Counted from the first letter of the stretch, positions 1-10,282 are shown. The stretch: DNA of 64,000 bases from Dehalococcoidia bacterium (GCA_021731085.1 JAKFYB010000015.1:81745-145744); one strand, 5' to 3'. A program made the numbers and translations. Notes: a model not told the origin generated them from the sequence alone.

Positions 1-1895
1 TTCGTCGCGCCGCCTTCGGGGCCGAGCGCGTGCTGCTCGTACGTCATCCGGTAAAGGCGCGCGTAGCGCCCGCCAAGCGTCAACAAGTCATCGTGCTTGC
101 CCTGCTCGACGATGCGTCCGTGCTCTAGCACGACGATGCGGTCGGCGTTGCGGATCGTCGAGAGGCGGTGCGCGATGACGAACGACGTGCGCCCGGCGAG
201 CAGCGTCCGAAGCGCGCGCTGGATCACGACCTCCGTCTGCGTGTCGACGTTCGCTGTCGCCTCATCGAGGATCAGGATGCGTGGTTGGGCGATGATCGCC
301 CGCGCGAACGAGATCAGCTGGCGCTGACCGACGCTGAGGTTGCCGCCGCGCTCGTGCAGGTACGTGTCGTAGCCCTCTTCGAGCCGCATGATGAAGTCGT
401 GCGCACCGACGTTCTCGGCAGCGTCCTGCACTTCTTCGTCCGTCGCCTCCGGCCGCGCGTAGCGGATGTTCTCCGCGACCGTGCCCGAAAAGAGGAACGG
501 CTCCTGCAGGACGGTGCCCATCCGGCGAGCGAGGCTGTCGTGCGTGACCTTCCGCACGTCAATGCCGTCGACCTCGATCGAGCCCGACGTCACGTCGTAG
601 AAGCGCGAGAGCAGTGCCGTGATCGTCGTCTTGCCGGCGCCCGTCTGCCCGACGAATGCGATCGTCTCGCCCGGCTCAACGTGCAGGTCGATATCAACGA
701 GCACCGGCACGTCTTCGACGTAGTTGAACGAGACGTGGTTGAAGTCCACCTTGCCGGTGATGTCCTGCAGGACGATCGCGTTCGGGTCATCTTCGAACTC
801 CGGCTTCGTGTCCAGGACTTCGAGCACGCGCTCGCCACCAGCCATCGCGCGCTGAAGCTGCGTGTACTGCAGCACGAGGTCGCGTACGGGGTCGAAGAAG
901 AGCTGGAGCAGCAGTGTAAACGTGACCAACGCTTCTATGCTCATCTGGCCTTCGAGCACGCGGTATCCGCCGTATGCGACGACGAGCGCCATCGCCGACG
1001 CCACGATCACTTCGACGGCAGGCGTGACTGCAGCGGTGAGCATGCCAGCGTTGATATTGGCGCGGAAGTTCTGCTGGTTCACGCCTTCGAAGCGCTTGGC
1101 GTTCTCATCCTCTCGGGAGAGGGACTGGATGACGCGCACGCCCGAGACGTTCTCCTGCAAGTTCGAGTTCACGACGGCGATCGCCTGTCGGACGCGGACG
1201 AACGCGCGTCGTGAGTATGACTGCCAGATAATCATCGTGATAACGAGTACCGGCACAACAGTGAATGTCACAAGTGCGAGCTGCACATCGGCGTACATCA
1301 GGAACAAGACAGCGATGCCGATACCGACGAAGTCACCAAGAATGGTCAGCATGCCGCCCGTCATCAGCTCTTGGAGCGATGTCACGTCGCTGGTCACGCG
1401 CGACATCACGCGGCCCACTTCATTGTTGTCGTAGAACCGCAGCGAGAGCTTCTGGAGGTGCGCGAACATGTCCTTGCGGAGGCGCAACAGCAGCCTGTGA
1501 CCGATCCAGCCCGTCGCCGTGAGCTGCATGTAGTAGAAGCCGGCCGAAATCGCGGCCATCGCGAGATACGCGTAACCCCAGTTGTTGAGCTTGTCGAGAT
1601 CCTGGGCGATCGCTGCGCCTATCAGGCCGCCAACCGCGAACGGCATCGCACGTGTGATGATCGTGAAACCGAGCGTTCCGATGATGGCGAGCGCTAGCCG
1701 GAAGCGGTACGGCGCGATCATCTTCGCCATCCGAACAACAACCTTGTGGCTGTAGACCGAGCCCAACTCGTCGTCGTCCCAGCCATCCGTGCTGCGCTTG
1801 AGTGAGTTGGGGCGCAGATTGCCGCCGGGGCCGCCACCGGCAGGCCCGCCGCCACTCCATCCACCCGCAGAACCCGCGCCGCCGAAGAACACCAT
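1..1895 (-). CDS. ABC exporter, fused permease/ATPase half-transporter (runs off the window edge)
   Basis: Not in the ORF track; translated by hand from ATG at 1895, which overlaps the TAA of the upstream gene (TAATG). TM domain, Walker A GQTGAGKT, signature LSVGQRQ, Walker B ILILDEAT, IAHRL. Confidence 0.95.
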   Translation of the reverse strand, partial: MVFFGGAGSAGGWSGGGPAGGGPGGNLRPNSLKRSTDGWDDDELGSVYSHKVVVRMAKMIAPYRFRLALAIIGTLGFTIITRAMPFAVGGLIGAAIAQDLDKLNNWGYAYLAMAAISAGFYYMQLTATGWIGHRLLLRLRKDMFAHLQKLSLRFYDNNEVGRVMSRVTSDVTSLQELMTGGMLTILGDFVGIGIAVLFLMYADVQLALVTFTVVPVLVITMIIWQSYSRRAFVRVRQAIAVVNSNLQENVSGVRVIQSLSREDENAKRFEGVNQQNFRANINAGMLTAAVTPAVEVIVASAMALVVAYGGYRVLEGQMSIEALVTFTLLLQLFFDPVRDLVLQYTQLQRAMAGGERVLEVLDTKPEFEDDPNAIVLQDITGKVDFNHVSFNYVEDVPVLVDIDLHVEPGETIAFVGQTGAGKTTITALLSRFYDVTSGSIEVDGIDVRKVTHDSLARRMGTVLQEPFLFSGTVAENIRYARPEATDEEVQDAAENVGAHDFIMRLEEGYDTYLHERGGNLSVGQRQLISFARAIIAQPRILILDEATANVDTQTEVVIQRALRTLLAGRTSFVIAHRLSTIRNADRIVVLEHGRIVEQGKHDDLLTLGGRYARLYRMTYEQHALGPEGGAT

Positions 1896-3754
1896 TAGTC
1901 AGCGCCTCCGCCAGCAGTCACAGCTTCCGCTTCTTCCGCTGTCTCGATTGGCGTAGCGGCGGCGTGCGCACGCTCGCGGTCGTACGCCTCTTCCTGGTCG
2001 CGCAGTTCGAGATCATAGATCTGGCGGTATGGACCGTCCTGTGTGATGAGTTCCTCGTGCTTGCCACGCTCGACGATGCGCCCGCCCTTCAGCACCACGA
2101 TCTGGTCGGCCGACTTCACGGTCCGCAGGCGCTGCGCGATCACGAACGTCGTGCGACCCTTCATCAATTCGGCGAGCGCCTGCTGGATCAGGTACTCCGT
2201 CTCGGTGTCGACGCTTGATGTCGAGTCGTCGAACACCAGGATCTTCGGGTCGAGCAACAGCGTGCGTGCGATAGAGATGCGCTGCTTCTGCCCCCCGGAA
2301 AGCGTGATGCCACGCTCGCCGACCCATGTGTCGTACTTATCCGGCAGCGTCTCGATAAAGTCGTGGATGCGTGCGAGCTTCGCCGCGTTGTAAATGTCCT
2401 CGTCGGTCGCATCGAATGCACCGTAGGAGATGTTTTCCTTGATTGTCGAAGAAAACAGGAACACGTCCTGCTGGACGATGCCGAACGCGCGTCGCAGCGA
2501 TGCGAGCGAAACTTCACGGATGTCCGTGCCGTCGATCATGATTGTGCCACCGCTGACGTCGTAAAAGCGCGGCATCAGGTTCACGACCGTCGTCTTGCCG
2601 GACCCCGTCTGGCCGAGCAGCGCGATGATCTCACCCGGCTTGGCGTCGATGCTTACGTCGCGGAGTACGGGGCTGATTGCGTCGTAGCCGAAGGACACGT
2701 TCTCGAAGACCACGTGACCCTTCACGGCGGCGAGTTCTGTTGCGCCAGCCTTCTCCTTCACCGCGGACTCCGCATCGAGGATGTCGTAGATGCGCTGGCC
2801 GGAGGTGGACGCGCGCGCCCAGAACATCGTGATGAACCCGAGGCTGCGCACGGGCATCTGGAGCATCGTCAGGTAGAGCATGAACTGCGTGAGCTGGCCC
2901 GTCGTCAGGTTCCCATCGAGGATCTGGCGCGCTCCGTACCAGGCCGTCGAGACCATCGCGACGGCCCAGATGCCGTTGATGATCGGCCCGAACTTCGCCT
3001 GGATGCGGTTCGTCTTGTACGAGTTGTCGAAGAGGTTCTGCGCTTCAGTGTTGAACTTTTCCTGTTCCAGCTCCTCCCGCCCGAACGCCTTCACGACGCG
3101 CATGCCGCTGAGGTTCTCCTGCAGCACGACACCGACGCGCCCCTGGAGGTTCTGCACTTCGAGCCAGATCGGCCGCAGCAGCGACGTCATGCGGATCGAC
3201 ACTGCCGCCGTCGGCGGAATGAAAATCCATGTAACGAGCGCCAGTCGCCAGTCCACCAGGAGCATCATCACGAGCGTGCCGATCAGCAGCGCGACGACGT
3301 ACACCAGGCGCACGACGCCGAGGCTGATAAACATTCTCACGCCTTCGACGTCCTGCGTCGCGCGCTGCATGACCTGACCCGTCTGCGCCTTGTCGTGATA
3401 CGCGAAGCTCAAGCGCTGGAGATGGTCGTAGATGTCGTTGCGGATGTCGTAGGCGACGCGCTGCGAGATGAACTCGCCCAGGTAGGTCTGTAGGAATTGG
3501 AAGAACCCGCGAGCGACCGCCGCACCAACGATGAGCAGCCCGGCGATCATCAGCGTTCGGGCGTTGCCTTGCGGGAGACCTGTTGCCGTGTCGATGTCAA
3601 TGCCGACATCAATCGCGCGGCCAACCAGCCAGGGCCCGATGAGCTGGAACAGCGTGAGGCCGCTGAGCGCGAACAGCACAACCAGAAGCCTGGATTTGTA
3701 GTTCCAGACGTACGAGAGCAAGCGCAGTGGGACAGGAATCCGCCCGTGATTCAT
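1895..3754 (-). CDS. ABC exporter, fused permease/ATPase half-transporter (likely heterodimer partner)
   Basis: Walker A GQTGSGKT, LSGGQKQR, degenerate Walker B VFDDSTS and IAQRL in place of IAHRL, typical of one half of a heterodimeric exporter. Confidence 0.95.
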   Translation of the reverse strand: MNHGRIPVPLRLLSYVWNYKSRLLVVLFALSGLTLFQLIGPWLVGRAIDVGIDIDTATGLPQGNARTLMIAGLLIVGAAVARGFFQFLQTYLGEFISQRVAYDIRNDIYDHLQRLSFAYHDKAQTGQVMQRATQDVEGVRMFISLGVVRLVYVVALLIGTLVMMLLVDWRLALVTWIFIPPTAAVSIRMTSLLRPIWLEVQNLQGRVGVVLQENLSGMRVVKAFGREELEQEKFNTEAQNLFDNSYKTNRIQAKFGPIINGIWAVAMVSTAWYGARQILDGNLTTGQLTQFMLYLTMLQMPVRSLGFITMFWARASTSGQRIYDILDAESAVKEKAGATELAAVKGHVVFENVSFGYDAISPVLRDVSIDAKPGEIIALLGQTGSGKTTVVNLMPRFYDVSGGTIMIDGTDIREVSLASLRRAFGIVQQDVFLFSSTIKENISYGAFDATDEDIYNAAKLARIHDFIETLPDKYDTWVGERGITLSGGQKQRISIARTLLLDPKILVFDDSTSSVDTETEYLIQQALAELMKGRTTFVIAQRLRTVKSADQIVVLKGGRIVERGKHEELITQDGPYRQIYDLELRDQEEAYDRERAHAAATPIETAEEAEAVTAGGGAD

Positions 3755-4173
3755 GTGACCCTAGGATAACGTACCCTGACGTGTACGTAAAGGTTGGATC
3801 ACCTTCGAATCTCGCAGCTCATTGGTGAAGCAGCCACTTGTCCCCAAGGCTTGAGGCAAACCCAGCTCTCACTGAGGCTCCCCAGGCGTTGCTCCCACGA
3901 CGATGGTTCTTTCGTCACGGACGCGCTTTATATGCGCTTCCTGGTGCCCGAGTGGCTTTCTGTTCGCGAATCCTAAACGCCCAAAGCTAAATTGCCCGGC
4001 AGAATTTCATTTACTGGAAGGGAACACGTTTAGTTTGTGATTTTCGCAATGCCGAGGCAACCGTCGTGGCGGGACGGAGTTCCGAAGGTCTGAGGCGCAG
4101 GCTAGGTGTCGAGGGACTCAATGTCCAAGTGCACGATGGCACATTACGAACGGCTACCTGTTAACTTCTCCAC

Positions 4174-4860
4174 ATGCGCCGCGCCGACCGCCTCTTCCAA
4201 CTCATCCAGCTCCTTCGCCGCAAGAACGTCTGCACCGCCGCCTGGCTCGCCGACGAACTCGAGGTCTCGGAGCGCACGATCTATCGCGACGTGCGCGACC
4301 TCGTGCTGTCTGGCGTCCCCATAGAAGGGGAAGCTGGCGTCGGCTACATCATGCGAAAGGGCTTCGACCTGCCGCCTCTTATGTTCACTGAGTCCGAGAT
4401 CGAAGCGATGGTCCTCGGCGCGCGCGTCGTCACCAGCTACGGCGACACCGAACTGGCTCGCGCTGCCCGCGATGCACTGCTGCGCGTCGAGTCCGTGCTG
4501 CCCGATCGCCTCAAGGCGAAGGTCGAGAAGACGCCCCTCTTCGCGCCCGCCTTCCACATACCGCCTGTGTTCGCTGCGTCCCTCACCATCCTCCGCCGCG
4601 CCATCGACGAGCGCCGCAAGGTGCGGATGGCTTACACCGACGGGGACGGCAGTGCGACAGAGCGCGTCGTCCGCCCGATCGGCCTCTTCTTCTGGGGCAG
4701 CACCTGGTCGCTCAGCGGCTGGTGCGAGCTGCGCGACGACTTCCGCAGCTTCCGCCTCGACCGGATGCGCGAACTAACCCCCCTCCGCGAGCGCTTCTAC
4801 GACGAACCCGGCAAGACCATCGAGGACTACCTCGCCCGCCGTGGCGAGTCCGACCGATAG
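4174..4860 (+). CDS. YafY-family HTH-WYL transcriptional regulator
   Basis: MRRADRLFQL, LEVSERTIYRD HTH, LPPLMFT, and C-terminal WCELRDDFRSFRLDR WYL motif. Confidence 0.93.
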   Translation: MRRADRLFQLIQLLRRKNVCTAAWLADELEVSERTIYRDVRDLVLSGVPIEGEAGVGYIMRKGFDLPPLMFTESEIEAMVLGARVVTSYGDTELARAARDALLRVESVLPDRLKAKVEKTPLFAPAFHIPPVFAASLTILRRAIDERRKVRMAYTDGDGSATERVVRPIGLFFWGSTWSLSGWCELRDDFRSFRLDRMRELTPLRERFYDEPGKTIEDYLARRGESDR

Positions 4861-4873
4861 CACGCAGATCGCC

Positions 4874-4898
4874 GTAGGGGCGGCCCTATGTGGCCGCC
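4874..4898 (+). repeat. GTAG-type REP-like hairpin (related copy at 5598-5622)
   Basis: GTAG followed by GC-rich imperfect palindrome GGGCGGCC..GGCCGCC just downstream of a stop codon. Confidence 0.55.
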
Positions 4899-5204
4899 TG
4901 GCGGCCAGCAAGTCGGGCATTTCAGGTTCGCAAATGCGGAGGTCTTTCTAAGCTGAAGAGTGCGGCGGAGCTAATCCTCCGCGGGCATTGGCACCATCTC
5001 AATCCGTCGATTCAGCCAAATCTGCGTGAAGTGGCGGGTTCGGATGCAGGGCGCCGCGGCCGATGATATACGCGACGCAACGGCGCCAGCCGCTGGTCCG
5101 CGCACACTCCATTCACACCGAATTAACCGCCCCTTAACCCGGCGCAACACGCGCCTCCGGATACTGAGGGCGAACCAAGACGACCGCACACAAGGAGCAC
5201 CTCC

Positions 5205-5492
5205 GTGACGACGCAAGAGTCCACAGTTGCCAACGCGGACCTCTGGGGAAAGTACTTCGAAGAGCAGTGGCGCTGGCTCACGCCGATCGCAGGGCCGGAA
5301 GCATCGCGCGTCGCCGCGGCCAACGGCGCCCGCATCGCGAACTTTCTCACGCTCGTCGCCGCCGGCCCGATCGCCTGGCTGTACAACAACAGCGCGCCAA
5401 CCTCGAACGTCACGCCAATCCGCAACGGCATCGAGCGCCGCGAGACAGACTTCCGCAGTGACATGGAGTCCGTGGAAGCACACGCTGCGTAG
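5205..5492 (+). CDS. small hypothetical protein
   Basis: AAGGAG RBS before GTG; host-like codon usage; followed by a REP hairpin. Confidence 0.65.
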   Translation: MTTQESTVANADLWGKYFEEQWRWLTPIAGPEASRVAAANGARIANFLTLVAAGPIAWLYNNSAPTSNVTPIRNGIERRETDFRSDMESVEAHAA

Positions 5493-5512
5493 TCGATCCG
5501 AAGACACAGATC

Positions 5513-5536
5513 CGGAGCGCGGGCTTTCAGCCCGCG
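5513..5536 (+). repeat. REP-like palindrome family A (CGGAGCGCGGGCTTTCAGCCCGCG)
   Basis: Related copies at 15261-15288, 17898-17921, 23392-23418, 23526-23550, 33502-33518, 33550-33571, 48135-48161, 48186-48209, 49374-49398; all intergenic. Confidence 0.85.
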
Positions 5537-5684
5537 TTTTCGCGTGTGCCCACTTGTCGTCATCAAGCACCAATCCGCGTCGGCGATGCAATCTCCGGTA
5601 GGGGCGCCGCTCTGCCGCGCCCTCGCCGGTCGCCACGTAGGACTGTGATTGCCGCCGGTCGCCGCCCGCCATACGCTTTCCCGC

Positions 5685-6737
5685 ATGGAACCCGCCTCCG
5701 TCCCCAACATCACGCAATCCGCCGTCGACCTGCTCGCCGCGCTCGACGCGACGCAACGCGAAACCGCCACCTTCCGCCTCGACGACGAGGCCACGCGCAC
5801 TGACTGGGCCTACTTTCCGAGACAATCGCACGGCCTCGCGATAGGCGCGACAGACGCGAAGCAACAGAAACTCGCGCACCGGCTGCTCTCCCACGGACTC
5901 AGCCTCCACGCCTACGCGAAAGTCACGACGATCATCGCCCTCGACAATGTGCTCGACGTCATCGAAGATCGCACGCGTTCGGTCGTCCGCGATCCCGCGC
6001 GCTACTTCTTCAGCATATTCGGAGATCCGTCGTCGCCGCCGTGGGCGTTCCAGTTCGAGGGCCATCACGTCAGCATCAATCTCACGCTGAGCGCCGACGG
6101 CCACGTCTCGCCAACACCCCTCTTCCTCGGCTCGAACCCCGCCGAGATCACGCACGCCGGCCACCCGATCGTCCGCGTCTGCGGCGAGGAGGAAGACGCC
6201 GGCCGCGACCTTCTCCGCTCGTTCGGCGCGGAAGAACTCGCCCGCGCGGTCATCTGCAAGGTCGCCCCGCCCGACTTCATCCTCATGAACGCGGCCCGCG
6301 TCCCCGACCATATTCGTACGGGCGATGCGCCCGCGCTCCGAAACATCGCAGAGGATTTCGCGAAGCTCACCGACGACGACAAGCAGCGCCTCTCGTTCGA
6401 TCGTGCACGCCCTGCAGGACTCGCGTTCCGCGACATGACGCCGGCCCAGCGCGAACGCCTGTCCGCCCTCATCGACATCTACACCGACCGCCTGCCCGAC
6501 GACCTCGCCCGCATCGAACGTGCAAAGGTCGACGCGGCAGGACTCGACGCTGTCCACTTCGCATGGGCTGGCAGCGAGCATCAACGGCAGGGTCACTACT
6601 ACCGCATCCACGGGCCGTCACTACTCATCGAGTACGACAACACGCAGGACGACGCCAACCACGTCCACGCCGTCTGGCGCGACCCGACATCCGACTTCGG
6701 CGCCAGCATCCTCCGCGACCATGTCGCCACGCACTGA
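5685..6737 (+). CDS. DUF3500 domain protein
   Basis: WAFQFEGHHVSIN, TPLFLG, HYYRIHGPSLLIEYDNTQ, NHVHAVWRDPTSDFG motifs; ATG 5685 lies 7 nt after TACGCT. Confidence 0.88.
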   Translation: MEPASVPNITQSAVDLLAALDATQRETATFRLDDEATRTDWAYFPRQSHGLAIGATDAKQQKLAHRLLSHGLSLHAYAKVTTIIALDNVLDVIEDRTRSVVRDPARYFFSIFGDPSSPPWAFQFEGHHVSINLTLSADGHVSPTPLFLGSNPAEITHAGHPIVRVCGEEEDAGRDLLRSFGAEELARAVICKVAPPDFILMNAARVPDHIRTGDAPALRNIAEDFAKLTDDDKQRLSFDRARPAGLAFRDMTPAQRERLSALIDIYTDRLPDDLARIERAKVDAAGLDAVHFAWAGSEHQRQGHYYRIHGPSLLIEYDNTQDDANHVHAVWRDPTSDFGASILRDHVATH

Positions 6738-6796
6738 CTCGCTGCTGTCATTGTTCTTCGGCGTGGCGTTATCCTGCGTCGGCTAGACACGCATCC

Positions 6797-7662
6797 ATGC
6801 GCCTTCGACTCTTCGTTCGACGCGTCATGCCGTTTTCGATCAGATGGCGGATTCGGATCTTGATTCGCAAGTTTCATGATCGATGGGCGGCCACGCGATA
6901 TGCGCGCGCACGCGGCTCCAATTCGACGTTCCTGCACCTTGTCTGCCGCTACGAACGCCCGCTGATCTGCTACTCCGGCCAGGAGGCCCGCTTCGCAGGC
7001 AAGCGCCACAACAGCGATCTCGTCCTTCGCGCCTGCGACAGGCTCGTCATCGCCCCAGGCGAGACCTTCTCGTTCTGACACACCGTCGGCCGCCCGACGC
7101 GTGCCCGCGGTTTCAAGCCCGCAGCCGCGCTCAAGAACCGCCAGCTCGTTGAGGACGTTGGTGGCGCCGTCTGTCTAACATCCACGCTGCTCTACAACAT
7201 CGGATTGCTCTCCGGCATGAAGATCGTCGAACGCCACTGTCACAGCGTCGACTCATACGGCGACGCGCGCTACTTCGAGCTCGGCCGGGATGCGGCCGTC
7301 GAATACGCCTACCTCGACCTCCGCTTCCGCAACGACTTCCCGCAACCGCTCCTCATCCGCTCCCGCGTCGAAGCAGAGTCCGTCGTCGCCTAATCTGGGC
7401 TGCAACCACCCTCGGCGTGGAAGTAGAGATCGGCGTCGAACAACCCACCTTCACACCCCCATCAACCATCACGACCGCCGACCCCTCACTCACCGAAGGC
7501 ACCTCCGTGGTCGATGACACCGGAACAACGGGCGTCAGCGTCCGCACGAAACGCATCTTCCGCACCGCCAACCGCCGTGATGTAGAGGATCTCGGCCTGT
7601 CGATCCATCACGCCGTCCCTCGCCGTGTGCGCGAGGGCCCATCGCCCGCCATTCGCTCCTAA
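6797..7662 (+). pseudogene. VanW-family protein with C-terminal G5-like domain, disrupted
   Basis: IAPGETFSF*HTVG (TGA 7076-7078), VGGAVCLTSTLLYN, IVERHCHS, GRDAAV, LDLRFRN; second stop TAA 7391-7393 coincides with a frameshift into a G5-like tail (DPSLTEG..VVDDTGTTG). Confidence 0.85.
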
Positions 7663-7736
7663 TGCCCCCGATTGCTACGATCCGCCTGTCGGCAGAAGCC
7701 GACCAATCACCAATCACCAACCTCCAGGAGCCCAAG

Positions 7737-8624
7737 ATGAGCGTCCTCGTCAATGCGAACACCCGCGTCCTCGTCCAGGGCATCACCGGTAAGGAAGGCT
7801 CCTTCCAGACCCAGCGCTGCATCGAGTACGGGACCAAGGTCGTCGCCGGCGTCACGCCCGGCCGCGGCGGCGAAAAGACCGAGCACGGGGTCCCCGTCTT
7901 CAACACCGTCAGCCAGGCCGTGAAGGAGACGGGCGCTGACTGCGCGCTCATCTTCGTCCCGCCGCCCTTCGCCGCCGACGCCATCCTCGAGGCATACGAC
8001 GCCGCCGTCCCGCTCGCCGTCTGCATCACGGAGGGCATCCCGACGCTCGACATGGTGAAGGTGAAGCGCGCGATCACGGGCGGCCCGACACGTCTCATCG
8101 GCCCGAACTGCCCCGGCGTCATCACGGCCGGCGAGTGCCGCGTCGGCATCATGCCCGGCCACGTCTTCGCCGCCGGCAGCGTCGGCGTCATCTCGCGCTC
8201 CGGCACACTTGTATATGAGGCCGTCGACCAGCTCACGCGACGCGGCATCGGCCAGTCGACGTGCATCGGCGTCGGAGGCGACCCGATCATCGGCACGACG
8301 CAGCGCGAGGCCGTCGAGCTGCTCAACAACGACCCCGACACCGCCGCCATCATCCTCATTGGCGAGATCGGCGGCAACGCCGAGCAAGAAGCGGCCGAGT
8401 ACATCAAGAAGAACGTGAAGAAGCCCGTCATCTCCTTCATCGCCGGCTCCACCGCGCCCGCCGGCCGCCGCATGGGCCACGCCGGCGCCATCATCAGCGG
8501 CAACAGCGGCACAGCCTCCGCCAAGAAACAGGCTCTCGCCGACGCAGGCGCCACCGTCGTCGACGCCCCGGCCGAAATCGGCGCCACCACCGAACGTGTC
8601 CTCAAAGAACGCGGTCTGCTGTAA
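7737..8624 (+). CDS. sucD: succinyl-CoA synthetase alpha subunit
   Basis: [31 protein letters not shown] phosphohistidine motif; AGGAG RBS. Confidence 0.97.
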   Translation: MSVLVNANTRVLVQGITGKEGSFQTQRCIEYGTKVVAGVTPGRGGEKTEHGVPVFNTVSQAVKETGADCALIFVPPPFAADAILEAYDAAVPLAVCITEGIPTLDMVKVKRAITGGPTRLIGPNCPGVITAGECRVGIMPGHVFAAGSVGVISRSGTLVYEAVDQLTRRGIGQSTCIGVGGDPIIGTTQREAVELLNNDPDTAAIILIGEIGGNAEQEAAEYIKKNVKKPVISFIAGSTAPAGRRMGHAGAIISGNSGTASAKKQALADAGATVVDAPAEIGATTERVLKERGLL

Positions 8625-8664
8625 GCAGGAGCGCCCCGCGTAAGCCTGCCGTAAACTAACCGCC

Positions 8665-10029
8665 ATGCAAGTGCCCGAAACCCGCTACGCCCGCATTGGC
8701 GATATCCGCATCGCCTACCAGATGTGGGGCGAAGGCCCGCCGCTGATCATCATTCCCGCCTTCATATCGAACATCGAGATCAGCTGGGAACACGAACTCT
8801 ATCGCCGCACGCTCGAGTACATGGGCAAGTACATGACGTGCGTTCAATTCGACAAACGCGGCATGGGCTTGTCGGATCGATTCGAAGAAGTGCCTACACT
8901 CGAGCAGCGGATCGAGGACGTCCTCGCCGTGATGGACGCGGCGGGTTGGGAACGCGCACACATCTTCGGCGTGTCGGAGGGCGGTGCGATGGCGCAGCTC
9001 TTCGCCGCAGACTACCCGCGTCGCACTGAAAGCCTGACGGTCATCAACACGTTCATCTCCCCGCGCTACCGAAGCGGTCTCCGCAGCTACGTCCGAGAGG
9101 ATGACCCTCCCTGGTCCACCGAACAGCAAACCGTCGATCGATTCCTCCACATGGCCGACACGTGGGCCGAGGAACCCGCGTATCAGGTCGAGTACGAAAT
9201 GCCGAGCCAGATCGGCAACGAGTCCTTCACTAGGTGGGTTGGGAGACTGCAACGCTTCTCCGCGAGCCCGAAGGACTTCCGGCGTCAGTTCTTAAGCATC
9301 GTTGGTCTCGACGCGGGCGACGCCCCCGAGCGCATCGCTGCTCGCACGATGGTGATGCACGTGAAGGGTGACAAAGTGCTACACGTCGCGATGGGTCGCC
9401 GGTTGGCTGACCTCATTCCGGGTGCGAAATATGTGGAGATCCAAGGCGCCGATCACTTCTCATGGATCATGCCGAACTGGCGAGAGGTCTGCGATATCTT
9501 CATCGACTTCATCACCGGCACGCCGATCACACGCACGACGACGCGGCAGTTCGGCACCGTGCTTTTTACCGATATCGTCGACTCGACGAGGCAGTCAGCA
9601 GCACTCGGCGACGCGAAATGGCGTGCCGTGCTCGACGGCCACGACCGCACCGCCCGCGGTCTCATTGACCAGCACCGCGGCCGCGTGGTGAAGAGCACCG
9701 GCGATGGCTTGCTCGCCGTCTTCGACGCGCCGTCGCAAGGCGTCGAGTGCGGCATCAAGCTTTGCGACGCCCTGCGAGGCATCGGCATCCAGATCCGCGC
9801 GGGCCTTCACGCCGGCGAGATCGAAGTCCACGACGACGGCGACATCTCCGGCATCGCCGTCAACCTCGCCGCCCGCGTTGAGCAGCAGGCCTCCGACGGC
9901 GAACTCTGGACGTCATCCACGGTTCGCGACCTCATGCTCGGCGGCAGCGCCAACTTCTCCGAGAAAGGCGAGTACAGCCTCAAGGGCATCGACGGCGCCT
10001 GGCGCCTCTTCGCCGTCGAACCCCGCTAG
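8665..10029 (+). CDS. alpha/beta-hydrolase fused to class III adenylate/guanylate cyclase (LipJ-like architecture)
   Basis: FDKRGMGLSD, GVSEGG nucleophile elbow; LFTDIVDST, KSTGDG, RAGLHAGE, AVNLAARV cyclase motifs. Confidence 0.92.
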   Translation: MQVPETRYARIGDIRIAYQMWGEGPPLIIIPAFISNIEISWEHELYRRTLEYMGKYMTCVQFDKRGMGLSDRFEEVPTLEQRIEDVLAVMDAAGWERAHIFGVSEGGAMAQLFAADYPRRTESLTVINTFISPRYRSGLRSYVREDDPPWSTEQQTVDRFLHMADTWAEEPAYQVEYEMPSQIGNESFTRWVGRLQRFSASPKDFRRQFLSIVGLDAGDAPERIAARTMVMHVKGDKVLHVAMGRRLADLIPGAKYVEIQGADHFSWIMPNWREVCDIFIDFITGTPITRTTTRQFGTVLFTDIVDSTRQSAALGDAKWRAVLDGHDRTARGLIDQHRGRVVKSTGDGLLAVFDAPSQGVECGIKLCDALRGIGIQIRAGLHAGEIEVHDDGDISGIAVNLAARVEQQASDGELWTSSTVRDLMLGGSANFSEKGEYSLKGIDGAWRLFAVEPR

Positions 10030-10061
10030 CCGTACACCCGCGAGAATGCGCGGGCCAGCGT

Positions 10062-10238
10062 CTACGCCTCAGCCGTACCCTTGTCGCGGTTGCTGATCAC
10101 GATCATCGCGTGAATGATCGCCGGGATATAGATCAGGAAGCACAGCAGGATGTTCAGTAGCCCATGCTTCACGCCGCCATACACAAATGCGGGGATCGGT
10201 GGGACCAGTATCGCCAGGACGTACATCAGGATGATCAT
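10062..10238 (-). CDS. YqaE/Pmp3-family small membrane protein, 58 aa
   Basis: Below ORF-track cutoff; hand translation MIILMYVLAILVPPIPAFVYGGVKHGLLNILLCFLIYIPAIIHAMIVISNRDKGTAEA; AILxPP and YIPxIIHA motifs; GGAAGGA RBS. Confidence 0.88.
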   Translation of the reverse strand: MIILMYVLAILVPPIPAFVYGGVKHGLLNILLCFLIYIPAIIHAMIVISNRDKGTAEA

Positions 10239-10282
10239 CGGATTCCTTCCTTATCGCCGACGGGGGCTCGAGATACACGCCG

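Noticed and set aside
168-3493. Long + strand ORFs over the ABC genes, and similar ones elsewhere (4971-6611, 7535-8666, 14600-16024, 26573-28195, 59836-61026)
   Set aside because: Antisense or off-frame shadows of motif-bearing genes in high-GC DNA; Arg/Ala-rich with no family motifs.
3855-3890. GGCAAACCC resembling the start of a c-di-GMP-I riboswitch
   Set aside because: No GNRA-capped P2 or downstream GACGCAAAGC block.
7076-7078. In-frame TGA in the VanW gene as selenocysteine or genetic-code reassignment
   Set aside because: The position is Trp-like rather than Cys-like, many intact genes here end in TGA, and a second lesion follows.
7702-7722. Short 7-8-mer tandem repeats (ACCAATC here, CGACCTC at 10678, CAGTCAGC at about 42275)
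   Set aside because: Only about three units each, intergenic, with no spacers or shared sequence; treated as microsatellites.
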